Shown here: positions 26,822-36,256 of the stretch, one piece after another
Layout: each line of letters starts with the position of its first letter
Numbering within the stretch: the stretch's first letter is position 1
Assembly (NCBI GenBank): GCA_029762535.1
Contig: JARVGK010000008.1
Coordinates: forward strand, 32,001 to 96,000
Reading direction: 5' to 3'
Origin: Thermoplasmatota archaeon
GTDB lineage: Archaea > Thermoplasmatota > Penumbrarchaeia > Penumbrarchaeales > Penumbrarchaeaceae
DNA length: 64,000 nucleotides
Made by a program: the position numbers and the translations under genes
The notes under the pieces: model-generated
Databases searched by the model: none
What the model saw: only the letters and a program-made list of their open reading frames with translations
What the model was told of the DNA's origin: nothing

Positions 26822-29800
26822 ATGAGGGGGAGCTCGATCGCTTTCATCACGCTGTTCATGCTAATGCTCTCCGCCGCGGTCCAGATCGGCATGGCAGAAG
26901 ACGATGCGCATGCTGGACCGACATCTACCCCATCTTGTGATCTCGATCATGTGAAGGCTGCCCCAACGAGGGATGTCCATGAGGCGATAATCGGATCGAG
27001 ACTTATAGGAGGGTCCGGGAAGGAGTTCATCTCCTCTTGCTGCGATGACGGTGGCGATCTGATCGTCGCCGGGTGGACGACCTCCGACGATCTCGATGCG
27101 GAGGGAGCTCCCCTCCACGGAAGCTACGCGGGGGATAAGGACATCTTCATCGCAAGGATGGGAATGAACCTCAGCATCTCATCCCTGGCCCTCATCGGCG
27201 GAAGCATGGCCGAGGAGCCTACGGGCATCGGCGTTCTCCCTGACGGCAGCGTTTACGTCGCGGGATGGACGGCATCCTCCGACCTGCCTGCCGGGGAACG
27301 ATCCCTCTTCAACGCTTCGGCCGGAGGCGAGGACGGTCTCCTGATGGTCCTGAGCTCCGACCTGTCCCGGATCGTCTTCTCCACATATTTCGGGGGATCG
27401 CAGAACGACAGGATCAACGCCGCAGATGCCGGTCCCGATGGAACGATATACATCACCGGCATCACGTTCTCGGGGGATCTGCCCACGACGGAGGGATCCT
27501 ACAGGAACGCATCCGAAGCTACCGTTCCATACGGACCTGACGCTTTCGTGGCCAGGATCGACACGGATGGTCGCGACATCGTCTATTCCACCTTCCTCGG
27601 GGGGATAAGAGCCGACTCGGGGACGGCCATCGCCATCGATGGGTCAGGAGCCGCATACGTTTCAGGTGAGACATCCTCCAAGGATTTTCCGATAACCCCT
27701 GGGGTTTATTCCAATGAAAACATCTATTACAATTACCCGGACATTTTCATCGCCCATCTATCGAGCAACGGTGGGACGCTGATATCCTCGACGGTAATCG
27801 GGGGCCTATACACGGACCAGGCCTTGAGCGTTCGGATCGGGAGCGACGGCCTCTTCGTGACCGGAAGGTCGATGTCATACGACTTTCCCTTAACGAATGA
27901 TGCTTTCGACAGCAGCAACCCCGTGGGCAACAGAAGGTCCTACGACGGATTGCTCTTGAAGATGCCCCTCGATCTGACGGAGCTCGATTTCTCATCATAC
28001 CTGGGATCTACGGAAAATGACTGGATATCTGGCCTTGACCTTGACGAAGTGGGCAACATCTACATCACGGGTCTTGTCTCGAACGCGAGGCAATTCGTCA
28101 CTTCCCATGCATCCAGCCCTTTATACAACGGCGGCGATGATGCCTTCCTCGCGATCACCGACCTGTCGAACAACCTACAGTACTTCACTTTCATCGGTGG
28201 AGGCGGCAGCGATCAGGGGACCCGGGTGCTGCATACCAGTCCCGGGAGATGTACGATCGTTGGACAGACATGCTCAGTGAATTTTCCCATAAGGCACGAT
28301 ACGGGTCAAGATCTCCGCGGTATCTCGGACGCATTCATCATGGTCCATGCCACTCCGACGCCCCCTTCAGCCCCAAAGATCGTAACATCCAGGGCAGGGG
28401 ACTCCCGTATTGAGATCGAGTGGGCGGCTCCAAAGGACGACGGCCTCTGCTCCATATCGGGCTACAACCTTCAGCGCATCTGCGTCGATGGGAATATCAC
28501 GATATCGCTTCCCATCCAATTCTCCTACATCGATACGGAGGTGAAGAACGGTATCGAACACGAGTACAGGGTCTCGGCGGTGAACCGCCTGGGCGAGGGC
28601 GAGCGTTCCGAACCGGTCATCGTTCGCCCGGGGACGATCCCATCTGAGCCCACGAACTTCAGCATTATGACCGGCAAAGGTTTCGCTTCGTTGGAGTGGG
28701 ATCCGCCGAGCCACGACGGCTGGGTCGGGATCGAGGGATACATCATCCAGAAGAAGGACAGCGGCAGCGATCCGATCGAGGTCCTGACCTCGAATGGGAG
28801 TTATGAGGATAGCGATGTGAAGGCTGGATCCTATTACAGCTACAACGTCAGGGCCTACAACGCGATGGGGATCGGGCCAAAATCCCCCACGATAGCGGTG
28901 AGGATACCGACGCTTCCTGACAGGGTCAGGGACCTCAAGGCGATCCCCCAGCCCGGCGCGGTCCTTCTGAGCTGGGTCCCGCCTACCGATGACGGCGGAG
29001 CCCCGATAGAAGAATACGTCATCCACCGAAGGACGGCAGGCTCGGGGAATGAGACCTCGATCCGATGGCCTGGACTCGAGTTCCTGGACGAGGGCCTAAC
29101 CCCCGGGGTGGAGATGGAGTACAGGGTTGCCGCGTCGAACCTGTTCGGAGAGGGCGAGCCTACATATTGGACCAGGGTCGAGCCTTACGGCCCTCCCGGA
29201 CCACCTACCCTCCTCAAGGCCGATGCGGGCGACGGTGTCATCGTCATCGAATGGGATCCTCCGTCCTGCGACGGGGGAAGATCGCTTTCGGGGTTCCGGA
29301 TATACAAAAGTGTGGATGGATCGGATTTCGAACTCGCCGCTGACCTCTCTTTATGTTCGATATTCTTCGATCGGGACGTCGTTAACGGTGTCCTGTACTC
29401 TTACAGGATCACCGCAAGGAGCAGGGCGGGTGAAAGCGAGCCCTCATCGGTCATGAACGCCAGGCCGGTCGGCCCGCCCTCCACTCCTTTGGGACTCACC
29501 GCCTCTAAGTTCGACGGATACGTCGAGCTGCGGTGGTCGGCGCCGATGCGCGATGGAGGATCCGAGCTTCTGGGATACCGTCTATTGCGATCGGCCCACG
29601 GAAACCCGTTGCGGCATTACAGGGATCTGCCCCCCTCCACCCGCTTCTCCGACAGCGATGTGATGAACGGGATAGAGTACTCGTACGCCTTGACCGCCTT
29701 CAACGAGGTCTACGAAGGGGATATGTCCGGGAAGGTCAGGGCCATGCCGATAGGTCTGCCCGAGGCACCCTTCGATGTCCGCATAGACGAGCTGGACCAG

Positions 29801-30535
29801 ACCCTGGTCCTGAGATGGTCCGTGCCAAAAGATGACGGCGGGTCCGCGATAACGACCTTCATCATCTTGAGAGGGGGAGGACCGGATGATCTGTCGTTCC
29901 TGGCAAGGATCCCCGCTGTGACGTATTACAGCGATCACAATCTCGACAACGGTAAAAGGTACTTCTACAGGATCTCATCCGAGACAAGATACGTCTCGGG
30001 AGAACCCTCCGATATCGTGAGCGGATCCCCATGCGGGCTGCCCTTCCCCCCCTCAGGTCTGCGGGGGAAGGTGGAACGCGGAAGGGTCGAGTTGAGCTGG
30101 GACCTGCCTTACAGCGACGGCGGAAGGTCCATTGTGGGCTACAACATCTACAGGATAGACCAAGAGGGGGTTGAGACCGTTCTTGCCAGGAACTCGAGCA
30201 TGAGATCGTTCGCAGATCATCCGTCCCAGGGTAGGTATCGTTACGCGGTTAGCGCAACCACGGAAGCGGGAGAAGGAGCCAGGACCGTATCCAGGCCCGT
30301 CACGCTCGATATTCGGAGGCAGATGATCGCGGGAACCGCCATCATTTCACTGGTACTGATCGCGATATGCGTTTTCGTCGGCATAAGGATATATTCCTTC
30401 CGTAGAGCGAGGGCGAGCGCCGATCGGGCCTGGAAGACGTTCGAGATGGACACGCTCAAGCTAGGACGCGCCCGATCGCTCCCGCCGCCGAATCGAGGAC
30501 GTCGGCTCCTACCACCAGGGGAGGGGCGAACCTGA
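26822..30535 (+). CDS. Secreted, membrane-anchored SBBP beta-propeller + fibronectin type III repeat protein
   Basis: Signal peptide; SBBP repeats (YSTFLGG..D.G..IAID..G..YVSG.TSS.DFP); about 7 FN3 repeats (W.PP..DGG..I..Y); C-terminal TM. Confidence 0.85.
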   Translation: MRGSSIAFITLFMLMLSAAVQIGMAEDDAHAGPTSTPSCDLDHVKAAPTRDVHEAIIGSRLIGGSGKEFISSCCDDGGDLIVAGWTTSDDLDAEGAPLHGSYAGDKDIFIARMGMNLSISSLALIGGSMAEEPTGIGVLPDGSVYVAGWTASSDLPAGERSLFNASAGGEDGLLMVLSSDLSRIVFSTYFGGSQNDRINAADAGPDGTIYITGITFSGDLPTTEGSYRNASEATVPYGPDAFVARIDTDGRDIVYSTFLGGIRADSGTAIAIDGSGAAYVSGETSSKDFPITPGVYSNENIYYNYPDIFIAHLSSNGGTLISSTVIGGLYTDQALSVRIGSDGLFVTGRSMSYDFPLTNDAFDSSNPVGNRRSYDGLLLKMPLDLTELDFSSYLGSTENDWISGLDLDEVGNIYITGLVSNARQFVTSHASSPLYNGGDDAFLAITDLSNNLQYFTFIGGGGSDQGTRVLHTSPGRCTIVGQTCSVNFPIRHDTGQDLRGISDAFIMVHATPTPPSAPKIVTSRAGDSRIEIEWAAPKDDGLCSISGYNLQRICVDGNITISLPIQFSYIDTEVKNGIEHEYRVSAVNRLGEGERSEPVIVRPGTIPSEPTNFSIMTGKGFASLEWDPPSHDGWVGIEGYIIQKKDSGSDPIEVLTSNGSYEDSDVKAGSYYSYNVRAYNAMGIGPKSPTIAVRIPTLPDRVRDLKAIPQPGAVLLSWVPPTDDGGAPIEEYVIHRRTAGSGNETSIRWPGLEFLDEGLTPGVEMEYRVAASNLFGEGEPTYWTRVEPYGPPGPPTLLKADAGDGVIVIEWDPPSCDGGRSLSGFRIYKSVDGSDFELAADLSLCSIFFDRDVVNGVLYSYRITARSRAGESEPSSVMNARPVGPPSTPLGLTASKFDGYVELRWSAPMRDGGSELLGYRLLRSAHGNPLRHYRDLPPSTRFSDSDVMNGIEYSYALTAFNEVYEGDMSGKVRAMPIGLPEAPFDVRIDELDQTLVLRWSVPKDDGGSAITTFIILRGGGPDDLSFLARIPAVTYYSDHNLDNGKRYFYRISSETRYVSGEPSDIVSGSPCGLPFPPSGLRGKVERGRVELSWDLPYSDGGRSIVGYNIYRIDQEGVETVLARNSSMRSFADHPSQGRYRYAVSATTEAGEGARTVSRPVTLDIRRQMIAGTAIISLVLIAICVFVGIRIYSFRRARASADRAWKTFEMDTLKLGRARSLPPPNRGRRLLPPGEGRT

Positions 30536-31655
30536 TGGTCTGAGCGTGAGTGTCCTTCGCAAGGATCCCCTCCTCTATCAACTTGTAACAGTAAGGCCTT
30601 GCGGGGCCGGCCTCCTCCTTCAGCTCGAGGGCCACCAGAAGGCCCTTGCCCCTGACCTCCTTGACCTTCGGTGAGCCTATCGCCCTCAGCGCATCCATGA
30701 AGCGTTCCCCCAGTCGTTCCGCCCTCTCGTCGAGGCGCTCATCCTCCAGCACCTGTATGGAGGCGAGGCCTACAGCGGATGCCATTGGATTGCCCCCGAA
30801 AGTGGACCCGTGGGATCCAGGGGTGAAAACGTCCATGATCTCCCGGTCGGCAAGGACGCCGGAGACGGGATAGAGGCCGCCGCCAAGGGCCTTGCCCACC
30901 ACAAGGACATCCGGTCGGGCGTCCTCATGCATCCATGCAAAGCGCTTTCCCGTCCTGCAGAATCCCGTCTGGACCTCATCGAACATGAGGAGGACGTTCT
31001 TCTCAGAGCAGACGCGCCTAACACAGGAGAGATATCCGGGATCAGGGACCTTGACCCCTGCCTCGCCCTGTATTGGCTCGACGAGGAAGGCGGCGGTGTT
31101 ATCCGTGATCGCTTCGTCGAGGGCCCTGGCATCGTTGAAGGGTACGATCTTGAAGCCGGGGGTGAAGGGGCCGAAATCCGAATATGCGTCGGGATCAGTG
31201 GACATACCCACGATCGTCGTCGTCCTGCCGTGGAAGTTCTCGCAGCATACGATGATCTCCGCCTTATCCTTGGGGACTCCCTTCTTGCGGTATGCCCATC
31301 TTCGGGCGAGCTTTATGGAGGTCTCCACGGCCTCCGCTCCTGTGTTCATGGGGAGCGCGGATCCGAATCCAGTGTATTCGCACAGCTTGTTGAGGAACTC
31401 TCCCATCCTGTCGTTGTGGAAGGCCCTGCTGGTGAGGTCCAGGACATCCAGCTGGTCCTTGAGCGCCTGGACGATCCTGGGATGCCTGTGGCCCTGGTTC
31501 ACGGCGGAGTACGCGCTGAGGCAGTCTAAATAGCGCTTCCCCTCCACGTCCCATACCCATGGGCCTTCGGCCCTGGAGAGAACTACCGGCAGCGGATGGT
31601 AGTTGTGGGCCCCGTATCTCTCGTCCAGCTCTATGATCTCCTTCGTCCTTGACAT
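30456..31655 (-). CDS. rocD: Ornithine--oxo-acid aminotransferase
   Basis: GAHNYHPLPVV, LSAYSAVNQGH, LTSRAF, PMNTGAEAVE, EPIQGEAG, DEVQTG, GKALGGG, HGSTFGGNP; GGAGG SD. Confidence 0.94.
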   Translation of the reverse strand: MSRTKEIIELDERYGAHNYHPLPVVLSRAEGPWVWDVEGKRYLDCLSAYSAVNQGHRHPRIVQALKDQLDVLDLTSRAFHNDRMGEFLNKLCEYTGFGSALPMNTGAEAVETSIKLARRWAYRKKGVPKDKAEIIVCCENFHGRTTTIVGMSTDPDAYSDFGPFTPGFKIVPFNDARALDEAITDNTAAFLVEPIQGEAGVKVPDPGYLSCVRRVCSEKNVLLMFDEVQTGFCRTGKRFAWMHEDARPDVLVVGKALGGGLYPVSGVLADREIMDVFTPGSHGSTFGGNPMASAVGLASIQVLEDERLDERAERLGERFMDALRAIGSPKVKEVRGKGLLVALELKEEAGPARPYCYKLIEEGILAKDTHAQTIRFAPPLVVGADVLDSAAGAIGRVLA

Positions 31656-31867
31656 ACATCTTCCTCCTTTTCCGTTTCTCCGAGTATATCGCCTGGGGCC
31701 GTTATGAGCTGGTCCTAATTATTCTTTGTTGCGGGCAGGATCCCCTGTTTATTTGGATCCACCTGGCGATCATTTCCCTCCCTCTTTGGGTCCCCACCAT
31801 AGCGGAAAATGAACGAATGGTCTTGGCGATCCGAGTTATGATCGAAAGACCCCAGGGGGGATGAGGA

Positions 31868-33829
31868 TCATCTCATCCTGGCCTTCTTGAGCTCCGTGAT
31901 CCTGTCGCGGATCACCGCTGCCTCCTCGAAGCGCAATGAGGATGCCGCCAGATGCATCTCGTTCTCGAGATAGGCGATCAGCTCCTCGATATCCCCTTCC
32001 TCGGCCTCGTCAAAGCGATGGTCCTCCTCGCTGCGGCGGATCCCCTCCGTTATATCCCGGATCTCCTTGACTATGGTCCTGGGCGTTATCCCGTGCTCCT
32101 CGTTGAAGGCGATCTGACGCTGTCTCCTCCTGTTGGTCTCTTCGATGGCCCTGGCCATCGATCCCGTGATGCCATCGGCGTACATTATAACCTTCCCTGC
32201 CACGTTCCTCGCCGCCCTGCCTATGGTCTGGACCAGGGACGTCTCGCTCCTGAGAAAACCCTCCTTGTCGGCATCCAGTATCGCAACCAGGGACACCTCC
32301 GGCAGGTCCAGTCCCTCCCTCAGGAGGTTGATCCCGACGATCACATCGTGCTTTCCCTGCCTCAGGTCCCTGAGTATGTCTATGCGGTCCAGGGTCTTGA
32401 CGTCGGAATGCAGGTAATTGACCTTGATCCCCAGTTCCTTTAGATGATCGGAGAGCATCTCCGCCATCCTCTTCGTGAGCGTGGTCACGAGCGTCCTCTC
32501 GCCGGATCTGACCCTGGCCTTTATCTCGGCCAGGAGATCGTCCATCTGCCCCCTGATCGGCCTCACTTCGATCACGGGGTCCACCAGTCCGGTGGGACGG
32601 ATTATCTGCTCTATCACGGTATCCGAGACCTCTCTCTCGTAAGGTCCGGGGGTCGCCGATGTGAAGAGGACCTTTGATAGCCTCTTCTCAAGCTCACTGA
32701 ACTTCAAAGGCCTGTTGTCGACGGCGGCCGGCAGCCGGAAACCGAACTCCACAAGGGTCTCCTTCCTTGAACGGTCCCCGTTGTACATACCTCTCAGCTG
32801 GGGGATCGTCACGTGGGATTCGTCTATGACCATGAGGTACTCTTCGGGAAAGAAATCCAGGAGGGTGTAGGGCGGCTCGCCTGGCCTCCTACCGTCGAAG
32901 TATCTGGAATAGTTCTCTATGCCGTTGCAGTAGCCGGTCTCCCTGATCATCTCGAGGTCGTAGCGCGTCCTCTGCTCGAGCCTCTGGGCCTCCAGGTATT
33001 TCCCGCTCCTTCGGAACCATTCCACCCTGGCCTTCATGTCAGCCTCGATCGTGCCCATTATCTCCTCGATCCTTTCCGAGGGCAGATTGTAATGTGTCGC
33101 GGGGAATACCAGGACCTTGTCGAGGCCTTCCGTCACGTCACCGGTAGCGGGATGGATCAGATCGACCCTCTCGATAGTGTCATCTGAAAGGGCTATCCTC
33201 ATGACCGTCTCGTCTATGGAGCAGATCTCAACGTTTGACCCCCTGACCCTGAACTCACCTCTCTGGAGACCCTCCCCCCTTTCGTACTGCATCTCCACCA
33301 ACTTGGATAGCAGGTCCTTTCTGGGTATCCTCTGCCCGATCGAAAGGGGCATGGAGTTCTTCATGTATTCCTCCGGGGACCCAAGGCCGAATATGCAGGA
33401 CACGGAGGCGACGATGATGACATCCTTCCTGGTCATGAGCGCCTGTGTGGCCCTGTGCCTGAGCCTGTCGATCTCCTCGTTGATGGAAGCGTCCTTCTCG
33501 ATGTACAGGTCCTTTTGCGGAACGTAGGCCTCCGGCTGGTAGTAATCGTAGTATGAAACGAAATACTCCACGGCGTTATCCGGAAAGAACTGCCTGTACT
33601 CGGATGCGAGCTGGGCCGCCAGTGTCTTGTTGTGGCTTATTACGAGGGTCGGGAGCTGCAGTCTCTCGATCACATTGGCCACAGTGAACGTCTTGCCTGA
33701 GCCCGTCACCCCCAGAAGTGTGATCCTCTCACCTCCTCCTTTGATGGCATCGACGAGACCCTCTATCGCCTGAGGCTGGTCCCCGGAAGGGTAGAATTGG
33801 CTTCTGAGAGATAATGGCCCGGGCATCAT
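31868..33829 (-). CDS. uvrB: Excinuclease ABC subunit B
   Basis: [61 protein letters not shown] tail. Confidence 0.98.
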   Translation of the reverse strand: MMPGPLSLRSQFYPSGDQPQAIEGLVDAIKGGGERITLLGVTGSGKTFTVANVIERLQLPTLVISHNKTLAAQLASEYRQFFPDNAVEYFVSYYDYYQPEAYVPQKDLYIEKDASINEEIDRLRHRATQALMTRKDVIIVASVSCIFGLGSPEEYMKNSMPLSIGQRIPRKDLLSKLVEMQYERGEGLQRGEFRVRGSNVEICSIDETVMRIALSDDTIERVDLIHPATGDVTEGLDKVLVFPATHYNLPSERIEEIMGTIEADMKARVEWFRRSGKYLEAQRLEQRTRYDLEMIRETGYCNGIENYSRYFDGRRPGEPPYTLLDFFPEEYLMVIDESHVTIPQLRGMYNGDRSRKETLVEFGFRLPAAVDNRPLKFSELEKRLSKVLFTSATPGPYEREVSDTVIEQIIRPTGLVDPVIEVRPIRGQMDDLLAEIKARVRSGERTLVTTLTKRMAEMLSDHLKELGIKVNYLHSDVKTLDRIDILRDLRQGKHDVIVGINLLREGLDLPEVSLVAILDADKEGFLRSETSLVQTIGRAARNVAGKVIMYADGITGSMARAIEETNRRRQRQIAFNEEHGITPRTIVKEIRDITEGIRRSEEDHRFDEAEEGDIEELIAYLENEMHLAASSLRFEEAAVIRDRITELKKARMR

Positions 33830-33873
33830 CGTTCACCTGAACGCGAACCCCGAAAGCACGGATAGCATATATC

Positions 33874-34587
33874 TCATTTGTTTACCCGCGCGATGCGACC
33901 CTCGACAGATACCTTCCCATCGAGGAGCCATCCTATCACCCTGGGGTACCAGATATGCTCCTGGATCAGTACGCGGCCGGAGAGGGTCTCCTCCGAATCG
34001 TCCTCATGGACCTCGACCGGATACTGGAATGTGATCGGGCCTCCGTCCACGCTCTCATCTACCAGATGAATGGTAAGTCCCGTGACCTTTACTCCGTGGG
34101 CCAAAGCGTCCCTGTGAGCGTGGGAGCCGGGAAAGGACGGAAGCAGGGATGGGTGTATATTGACTATCCGCCATCTCCATCCACCAACGAAGCTCGGCGA
34201 GAGCACCTTCATGAAACCTGCGAGCACGACGAGGTCCACCTCGAATTCGACCAATGCCGCATCGATGGCTTCCATGAACCCCTCCTTCGTGAAGGACCTG
34301 TGGTCGATGACCCGCCACGGGATCCCGTGCTCCTTGGCCCTATCGATGGCCAATGCCCCGGGGTTGTTGCAGATCACGACGGCTATGCTGGCATCGAGCT
34401 CCCCTCTGTCTATCGAATCGATGATGGACTGAAGGTTGGATCCCCTGCCTGATGCCAGGACGCCCAAGTTGCGGCCCTGGAACCGATCGTTCGATATCGC
34501 ATCGGCCTCGCCTTTTACAGTGGGTATATCCACAACAGCTTCCGTGAGGATCCCTCCCTGCGACCTTGTTGTCTGGCGGTCGAACAT
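33874..34587 (-). CDS. purN: Phosphoribosylglycinamide formyltransferase
   Basis: VLASGRGSNLQ, LAGFM, NIHPSLLPSFPG, VDGGPI, EH; start uncertain (MFDR at 34587 or later). Confidence 0.93.
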   Translation of the reverse strand: MFDRQTTRSQGGILTEAVVDIPTVKGEADAISNDRFQGRNLGVLASGRGSNLQSIIDSIDRGELDASIAVVICNNPGALAIDRAKEHGIPWRVIDHRSFTKEGFMEAIDAALVEFEVDLVVLAGFMKVLSPSFVGGWRWRIVNIHPSLLPSFPGSHAHRDALAHGVKVTGLTIHLVDESVDGGPITFQYPVEVHEDDSEETLSGRVLIQEHIWYPRVIGWLLDGKVSVEGRIARVNK

Positions 34588-34616
34588 CCTCCTGACAATT
34601 AAAACATGTTGTCGTT

Positions 34617-36185
34617 TCAATGCTTGAAGAGCCTTACGCCAGTGAACAACATGGCCATCCCGTGCTGGTTCGCGGCATCGATGACCTCCTTGTCCCTGAT
34701 GGATCCCCCCGGCTGACATATTGCCGCCACGCCGGTTGCGGCCAGAGTATCGATGCCGTCCCGAAAGGGGAAGAATGCATCAGATGCTAGGACGGACCCC
34801 TCTGCCCTATCACCCGCCTTGTGGGCCGCCATAAAGCATGAGTCCACTCTGCTCATCTGCCCGGACCCGATCCCGGTGGTGACCTGGTCCTTTGCCAGGA
34901 CCACGCAGTTGGATTTCACATGCTTGACCACCTTGGAGGCGAACACCATGTCCTTTATCTGACCATCCGTTGGAGCCTTTTCCGTTACCTGGACCCAACC
35001 GGACGGATCGAAAGGCGGCCATTCCATCGTCTGCGCGAGGAGGCCGCCCCTTATCTTGACCCATTTCTCCTCCCTCCTCTCCTCCTCAACGATTGGCCTG
35101 TCCGTCGATATTATCCTGAGGTTCTTCCTGGACCTAAGGATGTCCAGTGCAGCTTCATCGAATGCGGGGGCGATCACCACCTCGAAGAACCTCTCCATTA
35201 TCGACGATGCCGTCTCGACATCGCATCCGCGGTTCAGACCCACGACGCCGCCGAAAGCGCTCAGCGGGTCGCAATCCAGGGCTCTCAGGAACGCATCCTT
35301 CAACTGGTTGTGCTCCGAGGGGCGTCCCAGAGAGACGCCGGAAGGGTTGTTGTGCTTTATTATAACGCAGCATGGTTCTTCCGGAAATTCCATCAATATG
35401 TCAAGGGCAGCGTCCACATCGAATATGTTATTGTACGAGAGTTCCTTACCTCCAAGTATCCTGGAATTGTGGATGCTCGTTCCAGTGAAAGAGGGCGAAC
35501 TGTAACACGATCCCCTCTGATGCGGGTTCTCACCGTATCTGAGGTCCATGGCCTTCTCGAACCTCATCCTGAGATGTTCAGGAAGAACGTCCTCTCCCAT
35601 TTTATGGACCAGGTATTCAGAAATGGATATGTCGTATGCGCTCACGTGCCTGAAGGCCTTCAATGCCAGGCGGAGCCTGTCATCTTTGGTGAGAGAGCCC
35701 TTTTCGATCCTTTCCATGAGAAACGGGTAATCCCCGGGATCGACAAGGACCGTTACATGCTCATGGTTCTTGGCCGCTGCCCTTATCAGCGAGGGACCGC
35801 CAATATCTATCATTTCTATGCATCCCTTCATATCGGACCCTGGCCTGCGGACCGTCTCCTCGAAGGGATACAGGTTCACGACGACGATGTCCAGAATGGG
35901 CAGGTCCATTTCTGCGATGCGCTGCATATCCTCATCGTTCTCTCGTCTGCACAGGATACCGCCGTAGATTGCAGGATGCAATGTCTTTACACGTCCACCT
36001 AGCATCTCCGGATACCCGGTAAGCTCCTCGACCGCAACGGATACGATCCCACGGTCCTTGAGATAGCGATGGGTACCGCCCGAGGATACGATAGTGTAGC
36101 CCATTTCGATGAGGGCTCCAGCAAGGCTTTCCAGGGAACGCTTGTCATATACCGATATCAACGCATAACGCGATTTAGCTGTCAC
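34617..36185 (-). CDS. purH: Bifunctional AICAR formyltransferase / IMP cyclohydrolase
   Basis: ALISVYDK, GGRVKTLHP, IDIGGPSLIRAAAKN, LRYGENPHQ, KHNNP, SDAFFPF, QPGGSIRD. Confidence 0.97.
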   Translation of the reverse strand: MTAKSRYALISVYDKRSLESLAGALIEMGYTIVSSGGTHRYLKDRGIVSVAVEELTGYPEMLGGRVKTLHPAIYGGILCRRENDEDMQRIAEMDLPILDIVVVNLYPFEETVRRPGSDMKGCIEMIDIGGPSLIRAAAKNHEHVTVLVDPGDYPFLMERIEKGSLTKDDRLRLALKAFRHVSAYDISISEYLVHKMGEDVLPEHLRMRFEKAMDLRYGENPHQRGSCYSSPSFTGTSIHNSRILGGKELSYNNIFDVDAALDILMEFPEEPCCVIIKHNNPSGVSLGRPSEHNQLKDAFLRALDCDPLSAFGGVVGLNRGCDVETASSIMERFFEVVIAPAFDEAALDILRSRKNLRIISTDRPIVEEERREEKWVKIRGGLLAQTMEWPPFDPSGWVQVTEKAPTDGQIKDMVFASKVVKHVKSNCVVLAKDQVTTGIGSGQMSRVDSCFMAAHKAGDRAEGSVLASDAFFPFRDGIDTLAATGVAAICQPGGSIRDKEVIDAANQHGMAMLFTGVRLFKH

Positions 36186-36256
36186 GTTTCCCAGGTACCG
36201 CGGGTCACAATAAATAAGCCTTTCCCAGGGGTATATGTGATTAAACGATCACGCGT

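Noticed and set aside
34588-34719. purN extension overlapping purH
   Set aside because: Out-of-frame overlap with the conserved purH C-terminus; a later start with an SD exists.
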